Sequence record: OR670491
Length of the DNA: 64,000 nt
From: Escherichia phage vB_EcoM_JNE01
Strand: one strand, 5' to 3'
Position 1 is the stretch's first letter. Each line of letters opens with the position of its first letter. Both the position numbers and the translations under genes were made by a program. A model generated the notes under the pieces. The model was not told the DNA's origin. It saw only the letters and a list, made by a program, of their open reading frames with translations, and did not search any database. Positions 20,115-29,900 of the stretch are shown here, one piece after another.

Positions 20115-21215
20115 ATGAATATTAACTATACAATTTATCGTAGTGATGGTACAGTTTATGCTACCATCCCTAATAACGTAATTCTTGGACCGAATCAACC
20201 TGGTTCGAACCCAGTACCTCTAAACTTGGTCGGTCGTAACAAAGTTGGTTACGGTCAAGCATGGAATGAAAACTTTTTACATTTAGTTGAGCATTTTAGT
20301 GGTAGTGTTGCTCCACGTGGTAACGTTAAAGGTCAAATCTGGTACAGAAACACTGGTGCTACTGGTGAGTTGCTAATTTCTCTTCTTGACAACGCCAGAC
20401 AACCAGAAGATACTGTTACGGAAGCAGAATGGGCTTCTATCCCAATGATTAGTGTTTTTAACACTATTCCTGATGGTGAAAACAGTGTTATGGGACGTAT
20501 GGTTTTAACCAGCAATGGTGATTCCCTCCGTGTCCTAATGAAAAACAAAGAATGGCGTGAAATCCAGACATCCAGACCAGAAAACAAAGAGTACTCAACT
20601 CTTTTAGATATCAACTATGATACTGGTAAGAAATATATCGAATTTACTCAAAGTGCCAGTACTAAACCACTAGCTTACTTTAATATGGGTGGTACTTCTC
20701 AAGTTGACGAGGATAACTGGACTACTTTCACTAATGGTACTGGTGTATTTGAATTTGGTAGCAACTATTTCTACGAATTAAAAATTATGATTCGTGAAGT
20801 AAGTGATGCAACTGGTTCAGTGGTGTCTTTACCATATAATTCCAAAACATTTATGATTAAAGGTCAATTCTATGTTGATAACCAAGGTACATTTGTTCCT
20901 GGTTCAGTTGGTGCAAGCTCTATCCCTGATCCACGTCGAATTACTCAACTAGAATCAATTAAAGACGTTATTACAAGCAGCCGCCCTAACTGGGATGTTA
21001 ATATTGTAATCAACGGTGTAGATTCAACGATTCCTAATCCAAATGGCGTTACTAAAGCTGATTATGAGAACTGGGTAATCAATTCATTGAACTCTAACAA
21101 AAACTTAGGCTTCAGGATTGATGGTTCAATCAGTAATCTGGTTGCTGGGGAATCTGTTAAGCTTCAGGCTTCAGTACTATTGAATATTACTGGTATCCCA
21201 CTAATTGGTGTATAA
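20115..21215 (+). CDS. hypothetical late protein (366 aa), probably tail/fiber-associated
   Basis: ORF with AGAGG RBS; N-terminus IYRSDGTVYATIPNNVILGPNQPGS...LVGRNKVGYGQAWNENF resembles fiber N-terminal regions; followed by terminator. Confidence 0.5.
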   Translation: MNINYTIYRSDGTVYATIPNNVILGPNQPGSNPVPLNLVGRNKVGYGQAWNENFLHLVEHFSGSVAPRGNVKGQIWYRNTGATGELLISLLDNARQPEDTVTEAEWASIPMISVFNTIPDGENSVMGRMVLTSNGDSLRVLMKNKEWREIQTSRPENKEYSTLLDINYDTGKKYIEFTQSASTKPLAYFNMGGTSQVDEDNWTTFTNGTGVFEFGSNYFYELKIMIREVSDATGSVVSLPYNSKTFMIKGQFYVDNQGTFVPGSVGASSIPDPRRITQLESIKDVITSSRPNWDVNIVINGVDSTIPNPNGVTKADYENWVINSLNSNKNLGFRIDGSISNLVAGESVKLQASVLLNITGIPLIGV

Positions 21216-21250
21216 AAGAAAAGGAGAGCATTAAGCTCTCCTTTTTTATT
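21216..21250. terminator. bidirectional intrinsic terminator
   Basis: AGGAGAGC-atta-GCTCTCCT hairpin then TTTTTTATT; between convergent genes. Confidence 0.7.
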
Positions 21251-21713
21251 AATAACGATAAGGTAAACTGTTGACAAACTGCTTACCTTGATTTATACTT
21301 TCCCACAATGAAAGGAAATCTTTCATCAAATTAGTGTTAAGTAAAGTGTTTTTAGCTCCTGGGTGAAGCGGCTTAGGCCACGAACCAATTTTTACCCATG
21401 CATATCCTGAACTCTCATGGTTTAGTATTGGAACAAATTCATTTTCAACAACAACAACAAAAGAATAATATCTGAACTTACCATTCTTAGTACAAAATAC
21501 GTCGAATGGAATAATATCAATAATATCAGGTATAGAATCACCCAACTCTTCTTTCATTTCACGATGTAAACCTTGAATCGGAGTTTCCTTATGTTCAAGC
21601 TTCCCACCAACAAACGCCCAGTTATTTGAATATGTACTTCTTTCAGATCGTAGATTCAACATCATATGACCAGTGCTTTTCGATAAAAATATAGCACCTA
21701 CTGCTTCATTCAT
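21249..21713 (-). CDS. Nudix hydrolase
   Basis: Contains complete Nudix box GGKLEHKETPIQGLHREMKEELG (Gx5Ex7REUxEExGU); AAGGAGG RBS. Confidence 0.8.
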   Translation of the reverse strand: MNEAVGAIFLSKSTGHMMLNLRSERSTYSNNWAFVGGKLEHKETPIQGLHREMKEELGDSIPDIIDIIPFDVFCTKNGKFRYYSFVVVVENEFVPILNHESSGYAWVKIGSWPKPLHPGAKNTLLNTNLMKDFLSLWESINQGKQFVNSLPYRY

Positions 21714-21725
21714 AACAACACCTCC

Positions 21726-23069
21726 TTATTTGTCAGTGAAAGTTATCTTCCAGTATCCTTGACGGTATTGAGACATAATACTATTATGCCATTTGAATTT
21801 GTCATTATAACGATAATAGTGGCTGTCAGTACGGTTGTAAACATAGTTGTGTACTGTTAGCGGATCTATCAATTCAACACCATCATTTGTTATTTTAAAC
21901 AAAGCGTATGCTGGAATTTCTGTATCTTTATAAACGATGCCATGTATAGTGTTATTTACATAATATTGTTCAGGTATAGCGTTATATAATTCAGATGATT
22001 TCGTTACAAATCCAGTCAACGTATAATCAACACGGTAATTAGTGCTGTCAAGTTGGACTACAATCTTATTCGCTTCTGCATCTTCACCATAAGATGTGAT
22101 GACACCCTTAAGCGGATTATCTTCTTCAATTGCTTGTTGGAATTTGATACCAATTTTCTTATTTTTGTATTCAGGTTCCAAATACTCCATGTATTTTTCC
22201 CAAGAATAGATATTTCCACTTGGTGTGATTGGGTTCATAGACTGACTTACTAAAGTAAGAACATAACTATCAGGGATAGAAAGTCTAGAGTCAGTAATTT
22301 CATCAACTTTAATACATAGATTCTTTGGAGTAAACACATCAGTGATTATATCAGTGAAGTTTCCAAATTCCATATCAAATTCATCAATACCACTTTGAAT
22401 ATTCGTTGTGATTTGTTGAATAAGTTTTGGTTTCTCTACAATAGCTGGTAGAGAGAACCAGATTGTTGTTTCAAAAGTTAGAACCATGATATCTAAATCG
22501 GTATCAGTACCCTGTGGGAATCCACGAGTACTGAATTGACAATCGATTAACTCAACATCACTAAGAGAAGTCCAATCCAATGGGTTCTCGGTAAGCTGTA
22601 ACTGAATACTCGGTGCAAACAAAGTTGAGATCTGTTCGAACAATTCCATTTTTGTTTGTGTTTGAGTAACCCAAATATTCAAATCAAACGTAAATGTCCA
22701 AGGCACAGGGTTGTGCCTAGTTACTTTATGTTGCTTATCTAACTTCTTAGTATATTCGTTCTGTGCTGGTGACTCATTAGTACCGAAGATAATAGTTTCA
22801 TTTGCGTTAGAACGAATACTTTTCCTATCCATCTTAAGTTGGTTTACACTAATAGTCATGATTGGTGCTGATGGTAATACGTTTTCACTGTTACCATTGA
22901 TAATAGCAGCAGCCAAACGTGAAATGTCAGCATATCTACATGGAACTTTCTTATATTTCGCCTTCCCTTCACTATCGATTCCGTTCTGAACTTGAAATTC
23001 ACCAAAAACACGAATCAAATGTTTCAGTACTCGACGAAATTGTCCATCATAATAATAATCTACTTTCAT
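21726..23069 (-). CDS. 15: gp15-like tail completion / sheath stabiliser protein (447 aa)
   Basis: N-terminus MKVDYYYDGQFRRVLKHLIRVFGEFQVQ...KYKKVPCRYAD parallels T4 gp15 MFGYFYNSSFRRYATLMGDLFSNIQIKRQ...KFIRVPITYAS (recalled from memory); AAGGA RBS. Confidence 0.55.
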   Translation of the reverse strand: MKVDYYYDGQFRRVLKHLIRVFGEFQVQNGIDSEGKAKYKKVPCRYADISRLAAAIINGNSENVLPSAPIMTISVNQLKMDRKSIRSNANETIIFGTNESPAQNEYTKKLDKQHKVTRHNPVPWTFTFDLNIWVTQTQTKMELFEQISTLFAPSIQLQLTENPLDWTSLSDVELIDCQFSTRGFPQGTDTDLDIMVLTFETTIWFSLPAIVEKPKLIQQITTNIQSGIDEFDMEFGNFTDIITDVFTPKNLCIKVDEITDSRLSIPDSYVLTLVSQSMNPITPSGNIYSWEKYMEYLEPEYKNKKIGIKFQQAIEEDNPLKGVITSYGEDAEANKIVVQLDSTNYRVDYTLTGFVTKSSELYNAIPEQYYVNNTIHGIVYKDTEIPAYALFKITNDGVELIDPLTVHNYVYNRTDSHYYRYNDKFKWHNSIMSQYRQGYWKITFTDK

Positions 23070-24556
23070 TCGCTATCCTTATGTACTCTATATACAATGT
23101 TTGGTTTAACTGCGTCATGCAACGGAACTCTGTTTGGATTATTCACAAACGAAGTTAGTGCTAGGTCTGCACCTTCCCACGGTTTTCTTCCACCATAATC
23201 GAAAATTACCCAAGAATTCTTATCAGCACTGTATTCCCATAGTGTTACTGGTGTGTAATCAGTTCTATAGAAGAATTCCCCATCAGAAACATCAGTTGGG
23301 AACTCAGTTCCTTCACCAACAGTTCCACGAGCCGGAGGAATACGAGGACGATAGTCTTGTTGTGAGTCAATGTTGCCATAAACACTATTAGAAGTGAAAG
23401 CATCATTCACGTAAGTTACTTCTGGTAGCTGCCACTCACCATCTCTGTACTGATAAATGGTAGGAACAACATATTTTATGTAAAAATCATCAACCCCTTG
23501 CGGTGGTGTATCTTCTGTTGTATACTGCACATCACAGTTGAGCCACTTTTTAGAAGATTTGTCGTATTGATAGAGAGAATATCCGGTTATATCAGATTCA
23601 TTCTCTTTAAAGAAGAAATCTCCGTCACTTGGCTTACGTGGGAACAGTGTTCCGTTAATAACTGAAACATCTTCCCATGTGCCATTGACAAGTTCTTTCA
23701 GTACTGGTAAACTCTTCTTCAAGAAATACATTTTATCGGCTGGTTCTCCTGGGAATTCATATCCATTGAGAACAAATTTGGATAAATCCATAGTATCGGG
23801 TCTGTCATCAAATAGATGTTCGTTGGTAAAGTGAATATAAGGTACTTCGTCATCAGCTTGCATAATGATACGGTTCATAATATCCATTTCATTACCGTAG
23901 TTGCTGTTTTCGGAGCCGCCATCTGTGTTACCATTACCATTGTTTGGATCATCTGGGTTATCAGGGTAGTTATTGTTGTCAAGTAGCTCTGAATATTCAG
24001 GTGAATCGGTAAGTGGTTTAACACGGAGTTTAAAAATGTGATGTTGCCATGTAACTGAGTAACCTTCAGATGTTCTAAACGCATCTTGTACTACATAGAA
24101 GCGGTTAAGACCTGAATCTTTACCAATTACATCAAAATCACGAAGGTTAGGAAGTTCAATAACATCGCCTGGCATTATTTTTCTTCCCAAGCGTTGCATC
24201 ATAGTGTTATAATGAACTGTAATATCCATTGTGTTAAAGTTAAAGAACAACCCAGGGATTTTTAAATCAGGAGTTGCTTCTTGGACTTGATAAACACAGC
24301 TAAATGTGATAGCCTCTAAGTTGTAGTTACGATTAGGAGTATCACCAAAAATTAAATCACCAATGCTTGACACGGTGCTATCATTTGTGAGATAATCTCC
24401 ACCGTAAGATAAATCAGTGTTGTCGGCAACTTGTTTTGCCCCAACATACGCGTAGAGCCACATGTCTACGCCGCCGATGTTGTACTGTTCGGCTATGGCA
24501 GAATCAATAAACTGATAGTCTTTGGTTCTACCTTTCTTCCACATTTTATATGCCAT
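23066..24556 (-). CDS. putative neck protein (gp13/gp14 position), 497 aa
   Basis: Start moved to MAYKMWKKG (GGAGA RBS); position immediately upstream of gp15-like gene as in T4 13-14-15 order; no sequence motif confirmed. Confidence 0.4.
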   Translation of the reverse strand: MAYKMWKKGRTKDYQFIDSAIAEQYNIGGVDMWLYAYVGAKQVADNTDLSYGGDYLTNDSTVSSIGDLIFGDTPNRNYNLEAITFSCVYQVQEATPDLKIPGLFFNFNTMDITVHYNTMMQRLGRKIMPGDVIELPNLRDFDVIGKDSGLNRFYVVQDAFRTSEGYSVTWQHHIFKLRVKPLTDSPEYSELLDNNNYPDNPDDPNNGNGNTDGGSENSNYGNEMDIMNRIIMQADDEVPYIHFTNEHLFDDRPDTMDLSKFVLNGYEFPGEPADKMYFLKKSLPVLKELVNGTWEDVSVINGTLFPRKPSDGDFFFKENESDITGYSLYQYDKSSKKWLNCDVQYTTEDTPPQGVDDFYIKYVVPTIYQYRDGEWQLPEVTYVNDAFTSNSVYGNIDSQQDYRPRIPPARGTVGEGTEFPTDVSDGEFFYRTDYTPVTLWEYSADKNSWVIFDYGGRKPWEGADLALTSFVNNPNRVPLHDAVKPNIVYRVHKDSE

Positions 24557-24597
24557 TGTTCGTCTCCAAAATAAATCGGGTATATCTCTATTTACCT

Positions 24598-24628
24598 TGT
24601 TGACAACAGCAAATAATGTGATATAATG
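24598..24628 (+). promoter_or_regulatory. sigma70-type early promoter for clpA-like gene
   Basis: TTGACA - 16 nt - TATAAT with TGn extended -10 (TGATATAAT), about 40 nt upstream of ATG 24668 which has AGGAGA RBS. Confidence 0.65.
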
Positions 24629-24667
24629 TTTATTAATTAGAGTGAGTTTAATCACATAGGAGAACAC

Positions 24668-26953
24668 ATGAACCTGACACAACTATTCAAGAAAAGCGAC
24701 GAACTGGCAACCTCTATGGGTCATACTTTTTTGACAATTGACCATGTGAGTGCTACAGTACTGACAGTTGATAGCATTGTTGACGTATTCAAGTCGATGG
24801 ACATTGACGCTGCAAAGCTTCATGCACGTTTGATTGATTATTTGAAAAACAACCCAGTTCCACCAGCACCAAAAAGTACTTTAGATGATGACTCGAACCG
24901 TACTTCACTTCTAGTGAATCGCGTGATGCAGGAACTGTCTAAAAAAGCAGTGATTGAACAGCTAAATCGTGATGATTTCTCCATTGATGCATATTTTGTT
25001 CTGTTTGAATGTTTGTCCTTCCCAAATACTGCATTCGAAGCAGTACTGAAAGAAGAAGGGGTTTCTTGTACTGAAGTAGCACGTACACTACAGAAACATG
25101 TAGAAGATATTGATACTGGCATCAACCTAAAAAGTATTAGCGACGAACCAACAGGGGACAAAAAAGTGGCTCAACAGCAACCAGCATCTAAGCAGAAAAG
25201 TTTGGAAGATTACACTACCAACCTTACCGCACTAGCGAAGGAAGGTAAACTCGACCCAATGATTGGTCGTCAAAAAGAGCTTGCTTCTCTCGTTGAGACT
25301 CTTGCTCGTAAAACTAAGAAGAACGCAATCCTAACTGGTGAAGCTGGCGTAGGTAAAACTCAAATCGTTGATGGTTTGGCACAAGCAATCGCAAATGGTG
25401 ATGTTCCAGAGCATCTAAAAGATGTGGAACTACTGTCTCTGAACGTTGGTGCACTAACTGCTGGTACAAAATACCGTGGTGAGTTTGAAGAACGCATTGA
25501 CAATCTTCTAAAAGAACTGAAGAAACGCGAAAACACCATCGTCTTCATCGATGAAATCCATATCATGGTTGGTGCTGGTTCTGCGAGCAACGGTTCAATG
25601 GATATGAGCAACATGCTCAAACCTGCTCTATCTCGTGGTGAGATTCGTGTCATCGGTGCAACCACTTATGACGAATATCGTAAAAACATCGAGAAAGACA
25701 GTGCTCTATCACGTCGTTTTATGAAAATTGATGTTGTTGAACCAACAGTTGAAGAAACTCGTGAAATTATCAACGGTCTACAAAAGACTTATGAGAAATT
25801 CCACAATGTAACCTTCACTAAAGGTGCGATGGATGCAGTTATTACACTAAGTGATAAGTTCCTGAAGAACAAACACTTCCCTGACAAAGCAATCGACCTA
25901 ATGGATGCGTCAGCAGCGAAGAAACGTTCTCGTGACAATGGTAATGAAATTACTGTTGGTGATATCCAAGAAGTTGTTGCTGGAATCGCTAACCTAGACC
26001 TGAACGTAGTTGCTTGTACTGAAAGTGAGCGTATGCGTAGTCTTCCTGATGCACTTCGTTCTCGTGTATATGGTCAAGAAGAAGCAGTAACTAAATTGGT
26101 TGATAACGTGATGGTTGCTCGTGCAGGTCTACGTGAATCTTCCAGTGTTCAGGGTGCATTCATGTTTGTTGGACCATCTGGTACTGGTAAAACTGAAATC
26201 ACCAAAGCGTTGGCTGATGCAACTGGTTCTAAACTGATTCGTTTCGATATGTCTGAGTTCTCTCAAGAACACACTGTGTCTAAACTGATTGGTTCACCTC
26301 CAGGTTATGTTGGTCACGATTCTGGTAATGGCCTACTACTAGACCAGATTGAGCAATACCCGAATGCAGTGCTGCTACTTGATGAAATCGAGAAAGCAGA
26401 TCGTAAAGTACTGTTGACTTTCCTTCAAGTTCTTGATGAAGGTCGTCTAACTGGTTCTCAAGGTAAGACTGTTTACTTCAACAACGTAACTGTTGTTATG
26501 ACAACTAACCTTGGTGCAGCAGACTCTACAAAACGTAGTATCGGTATGAGTGGTAGTGATACAGCACAGGATAAAGCGATTAAAGCTTTCCTACCGCCTG
26601 AATTCATCAACCGTATCGACAGTATCGTTACATTCAATGATTTGTCTTCTGATGCAATTCAGAGTATCATTGATAAATTCATGGGTAGTTTGAACGAACA
26701 AGTTAAAGACCGTGGTGTTAAGGTTTCTCTAACTAAAGCGGCTCGTGAATGGTTGGCGAAGAATGGCGTTAAGAACGGAATGGGTGCTCGTCCAATGAAA
26801 CGTACCATTGAACAGAATATCCGTGTTCCTCTGGCGAAAGAAATGCTTTGTGGTTCACTGGTTGATGGCGGTTCAGTAACATTTGATGTTATCAACGGTT
26901 CACTAGGCATTAAGCCAAAGCGTGTTAAAGCAGCAGATAAAGTAGAAGCGTAA
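24668..26953 (+). CDS. clpA: ClpA-type two-domain AAA+ unfoldase (761 aa)
   Basis: Two Walker A boxes (GEAGVGKTQ and GPSGTGKTE), Walker B IVFIDEIH and LLLDEIEKA, sensor/arginine-finger context GARPMKR, and KRSIGMSG loop aligning with the ClpA IGL ClpP-docking loop; collinear with E. coli ClpA over the full length. Confidence 0.9.
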   Translation: MNLTQLFKKSDELATSMGHTFLTIDHVSATVLTVDSIVDVFKSMDIDAAKLHARLIDYLKNNPVPPAPKSTLDDDSNRTSLLVNRVMQELSKKAVIEQLNRDDFSIDAYFVLFECLSFPNTAFEAVLKEEGVSCTEVARTLQKHVEDIDTGINLKSISDEPTGDKKVAQQQPASKQKSLEDYTTNLTALAKEGKLDPMIGRQKELASLVETLARKTKKNAILTGEAGVGKTQIVDGLAQAIANGDVPEHLKDVELLSLNVGALTAGTKYRGEFEERIDNLLKELKKRENTIVFIDEIHIMVGAGSASNGSMDMSNMLKPALSRGEIRVIGATTYDEYRKNIEKDSALSRRFMKIDVVEPTVEETREIINGLQKTYEKFHNVTFTKGAMDAVITLSDKFLKNKHFPDKAIDLMDASAAKKRSRDNGNEITVGDIQEVVAGIANLDLNVVACTESERMRSLPDALRSRVYGQEEAVTKLVDNVMVARAGLRESSSVQGAFMFVGPSGTGKTEITKALADATGSKLIRFDMSEFSQEHTVSKLIGSPPGYVGHDSGNGLLLDQIEQYPNAVLLLDEIEKADRKVLLTFLQVLDEGRLTGSQGKTVYFNNVTVVMTTNLGAADSTKRSIGMSGSDTAQDKAIKAFLPPEFINRIDSIVTFNDLSSDAIQSIIDKFMGSLNEQVKDRGVKVSLTKAAREWLAKNGVKNGMGARPMKRTIEQNIRVPLAKEMLCGSLVDGGSVTFDVINGSLGIKPKRVKAADKVEA

Positions 26954-26954
26954 A

Positions 26955-26990
26955 AAAGAAAAGGAGAGCATATGCTCTCCTTTTTTATTA
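26955..26990. terminator. bidirectional intrinsic terminator
   Basis: AGGAGAGCATATGCTCTCCT perfect palindrome then TTTTTTATT; same hairpin family as 223 and 21216. Confidence 0.75.
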
Positions 26991-29900
26991 ACTAAATTTT
27001 AATAAACGACCTACATCCAATCCACTAATTGTCAAACTGTCTGTATAAACACTCAATTCAATTGGCAAATAGTTCTCACCATATTTCTTGAACTTATCAA
27101 TGTTTCCTAAGTTCATGCCAGTAAATGTATATGTCTCATCTAGTTTGAAATCATGTTCCGCACTGTACATCGCACCACGTAGTAAGTTATTTGCATTACG
27201 TACTTGGACTTTCTCGTAACCCAATGAAATAACATCATTCAGTGAAGCTGCTGCACCCGATAGAACATTATTGGTAACACTGTATGGGCTTACCGATGAA
27301 GGTTGTGAAACATAGGTCATATGTTCATTCTCAATCATCGTAATGCTTGTCACAGTACTACCAACAGCGGTAATATAAGCATTTGATACTAGTGGGTAGT
27401 TATACACCCAAACCCCGTCAGAATTACGTGTAGGTTCTAGTAAACCAGCATCGTATTCAAACACGTTAATCTCAACGCTATCAACCATTCTTGTTCTTAC
27501 TAGTTCACTTAGAACACCAGAACCAGTAATAGGTAGATTATAGCCGTTATCGATTGTAACCCCGTCCACAACGAAAATTTCATTTGACACTAACCATAGG
27601 TCAATATCACTTGAAGTTATTCCGTCATTATATGAACCGTTATCTAATGTCGTGTCATAAAATACTTCGTATTTCATTGCATCAATTGCATAGTTTCGGT
27701 TTTCTTCGTATAATTTAACTCCATTAACAACAAATTCAGGATCTGCGAATGTTCTAATACGAACTAGGTTCAGTGCTAGAGGCATTGCATGTTCACCAGC
27801 TTTGTTAGTAGTGATGTTATCAAACATCAGTACTGCACCAGTTGAATCTAGTAATTCAACAGTACCATTGGCTGTATTATTTCGTACAGTGAATAGTTTA
27901 GGTGTAGTTCCTGTTTTGATTTTAGATACACTCAAGATGGTTTCCCATGTATCGTTTTGGTATCTTACAAAATCCTCACCATCAGTGGTGAAAATCATAA
28001 CTTTATCCCCATTAGCTAATGAATTATCTACTAACTTCATTTGACTTTGAGTTTGCACTGATTTCACTTGATAGAAGTATTTTTCATCATACTTATCTGT
28101 TGTTGCACTAATATCGTTAGATACTTTTGCGTATGAAGGAATACTAATAATTGCTTGTCCATAGTTGTAAGGATTGATTAGAACCATACCTTCAACATGT
28201 AAGCGACTATTGTCACGTAGCTGAACTTGAGCAGCAGTATCAAAGCCATATCCATCAATCGTTACTCTGATTTGACCGATATCACGTTCCGCTGGGTTCA
28301 CATCACGAATATCAATGATATAAGGATCAACCTCATCGTCTTGTACTGACCATTTCATGGTAGCTGTTTGTGATTCTAGTGCTAGGTTATCGAAAGAGTT
28401 CATATCATTATAATATTTCGCACCTTCAATACCGTCTAGTATTTGTTTATAATCAGAATACATTGGATTGTTAACATCTTGCGGTAAATCATCCAAATTG
28501 ATTTCAGCTAAACTTACAGCCTGACCAGTTGTGATGTAGATATCTTCGATGAAATCGTCAATACTTTGATTACGTGGAATACTAACAAACGTATCATTTA
28601 CTTTAGCATATACATATTTTCTAGGAATCATAGTGAATGCATAGTTTTGTACAGAATTATTACTTAGTACTTCTTCGGCAATTTCATAATTATTGGAAGC
28701 ATCCTTGTTAAACAAGTTACGCATACCAGTTAATACATGAACTGCGTCGGTGTAATATCTTCTTACTTCAATTACAACTTCTTCACCATCTTCATCTTGA
28801 ATTGTTTGTTCTTCCATGAACTTATACATGTAAACGCCGTATTCAACTTCTAGCTCAATTCTAACTTCCTCGTCACTGAACGCAGGATTTGCAGTTTTAA
28901 TCAAATCAACATATTTCTTATACAATTCACTGGATACTTCATAATAACCTAAGTTATAATCAGTACTGCTTGCGAAACCAAACGGTAGACGAGTGCTTGG
29001 GTTGTCAGTGAAGGTCACTCCACTAAAACCACATCCAACTTCATCATGAATAACTTCATTACTAGCACCAGTGTACAGCTTCAATCGGTTAGAAAGAGTG
29101 TTGTACTGAACATAATGTTTAACATCGTCAAACACTTCGTTATTTGTCGCTTCTGCATAAATGCGGTGAAGATTTTGGGTAAATTCTTCAGTTAGTGCTA
29201 AGTTATCAGAATTTTCTTTATACCAATCGTTAATTGCTTTAGCAGCACCCATTGTAATATTCATACTTGGATATAGAATTTGCATTTGGTATGCAACTTG
29301 TAAATCTAAAGTTTCTGAATTATTTTCAGGGAAGGTATAAATGAATCTTTGTAACTCAAAATCACTGACTACATCTTTTTCGTTACTTTGATACTTGTTG
29401 TTAACTGCATTTAGTACATCTAGGCTTGCCAAATCTTCATTTGGTTTACACTGAATGTTGTCATAATGCATAATCACATCAATTTCTTGGAAACGTCTAT
29501 TTGGTGTTACAAAATCGCTTGGCAATGAACCAATTTGTTCCCATCTCTGAGTAACATCACTAAACTGTGCGTATTCATAGTCCCAAATATCTTTTTCAGT
29601 TTTAACCCAAGAACCATCAACAAGAATATAGCCATTTGGATCGAGGTCGTTGCATAATCCTTTGATAACATCATCATCTGATGTTTTCTGTTCAATCTGA
29701 GAACGAATCTTAGTTCTGTACGGTTTAACTTCTTCAAAGTACTCGACAATTTGATTAATCAAGTTATCGTTTGAATAGTTCTGTACAAGAGATTGCTCTA
29801 GACCAATAATATAAATGTAAGATGTTTTGAATACCCAGTCCACAACACCCTGTTCAACGTGAACATACTTAACCATATCAAATACTATTGTACTTTGATG

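Noticed and set aside
24838-26910. Minus-strand ORFs inside clpA (24838..25161, 25360..25665, 26659..26910)
   Set aside because: Antisense to a gene with unambiguous AAA+ motifs; no RBS
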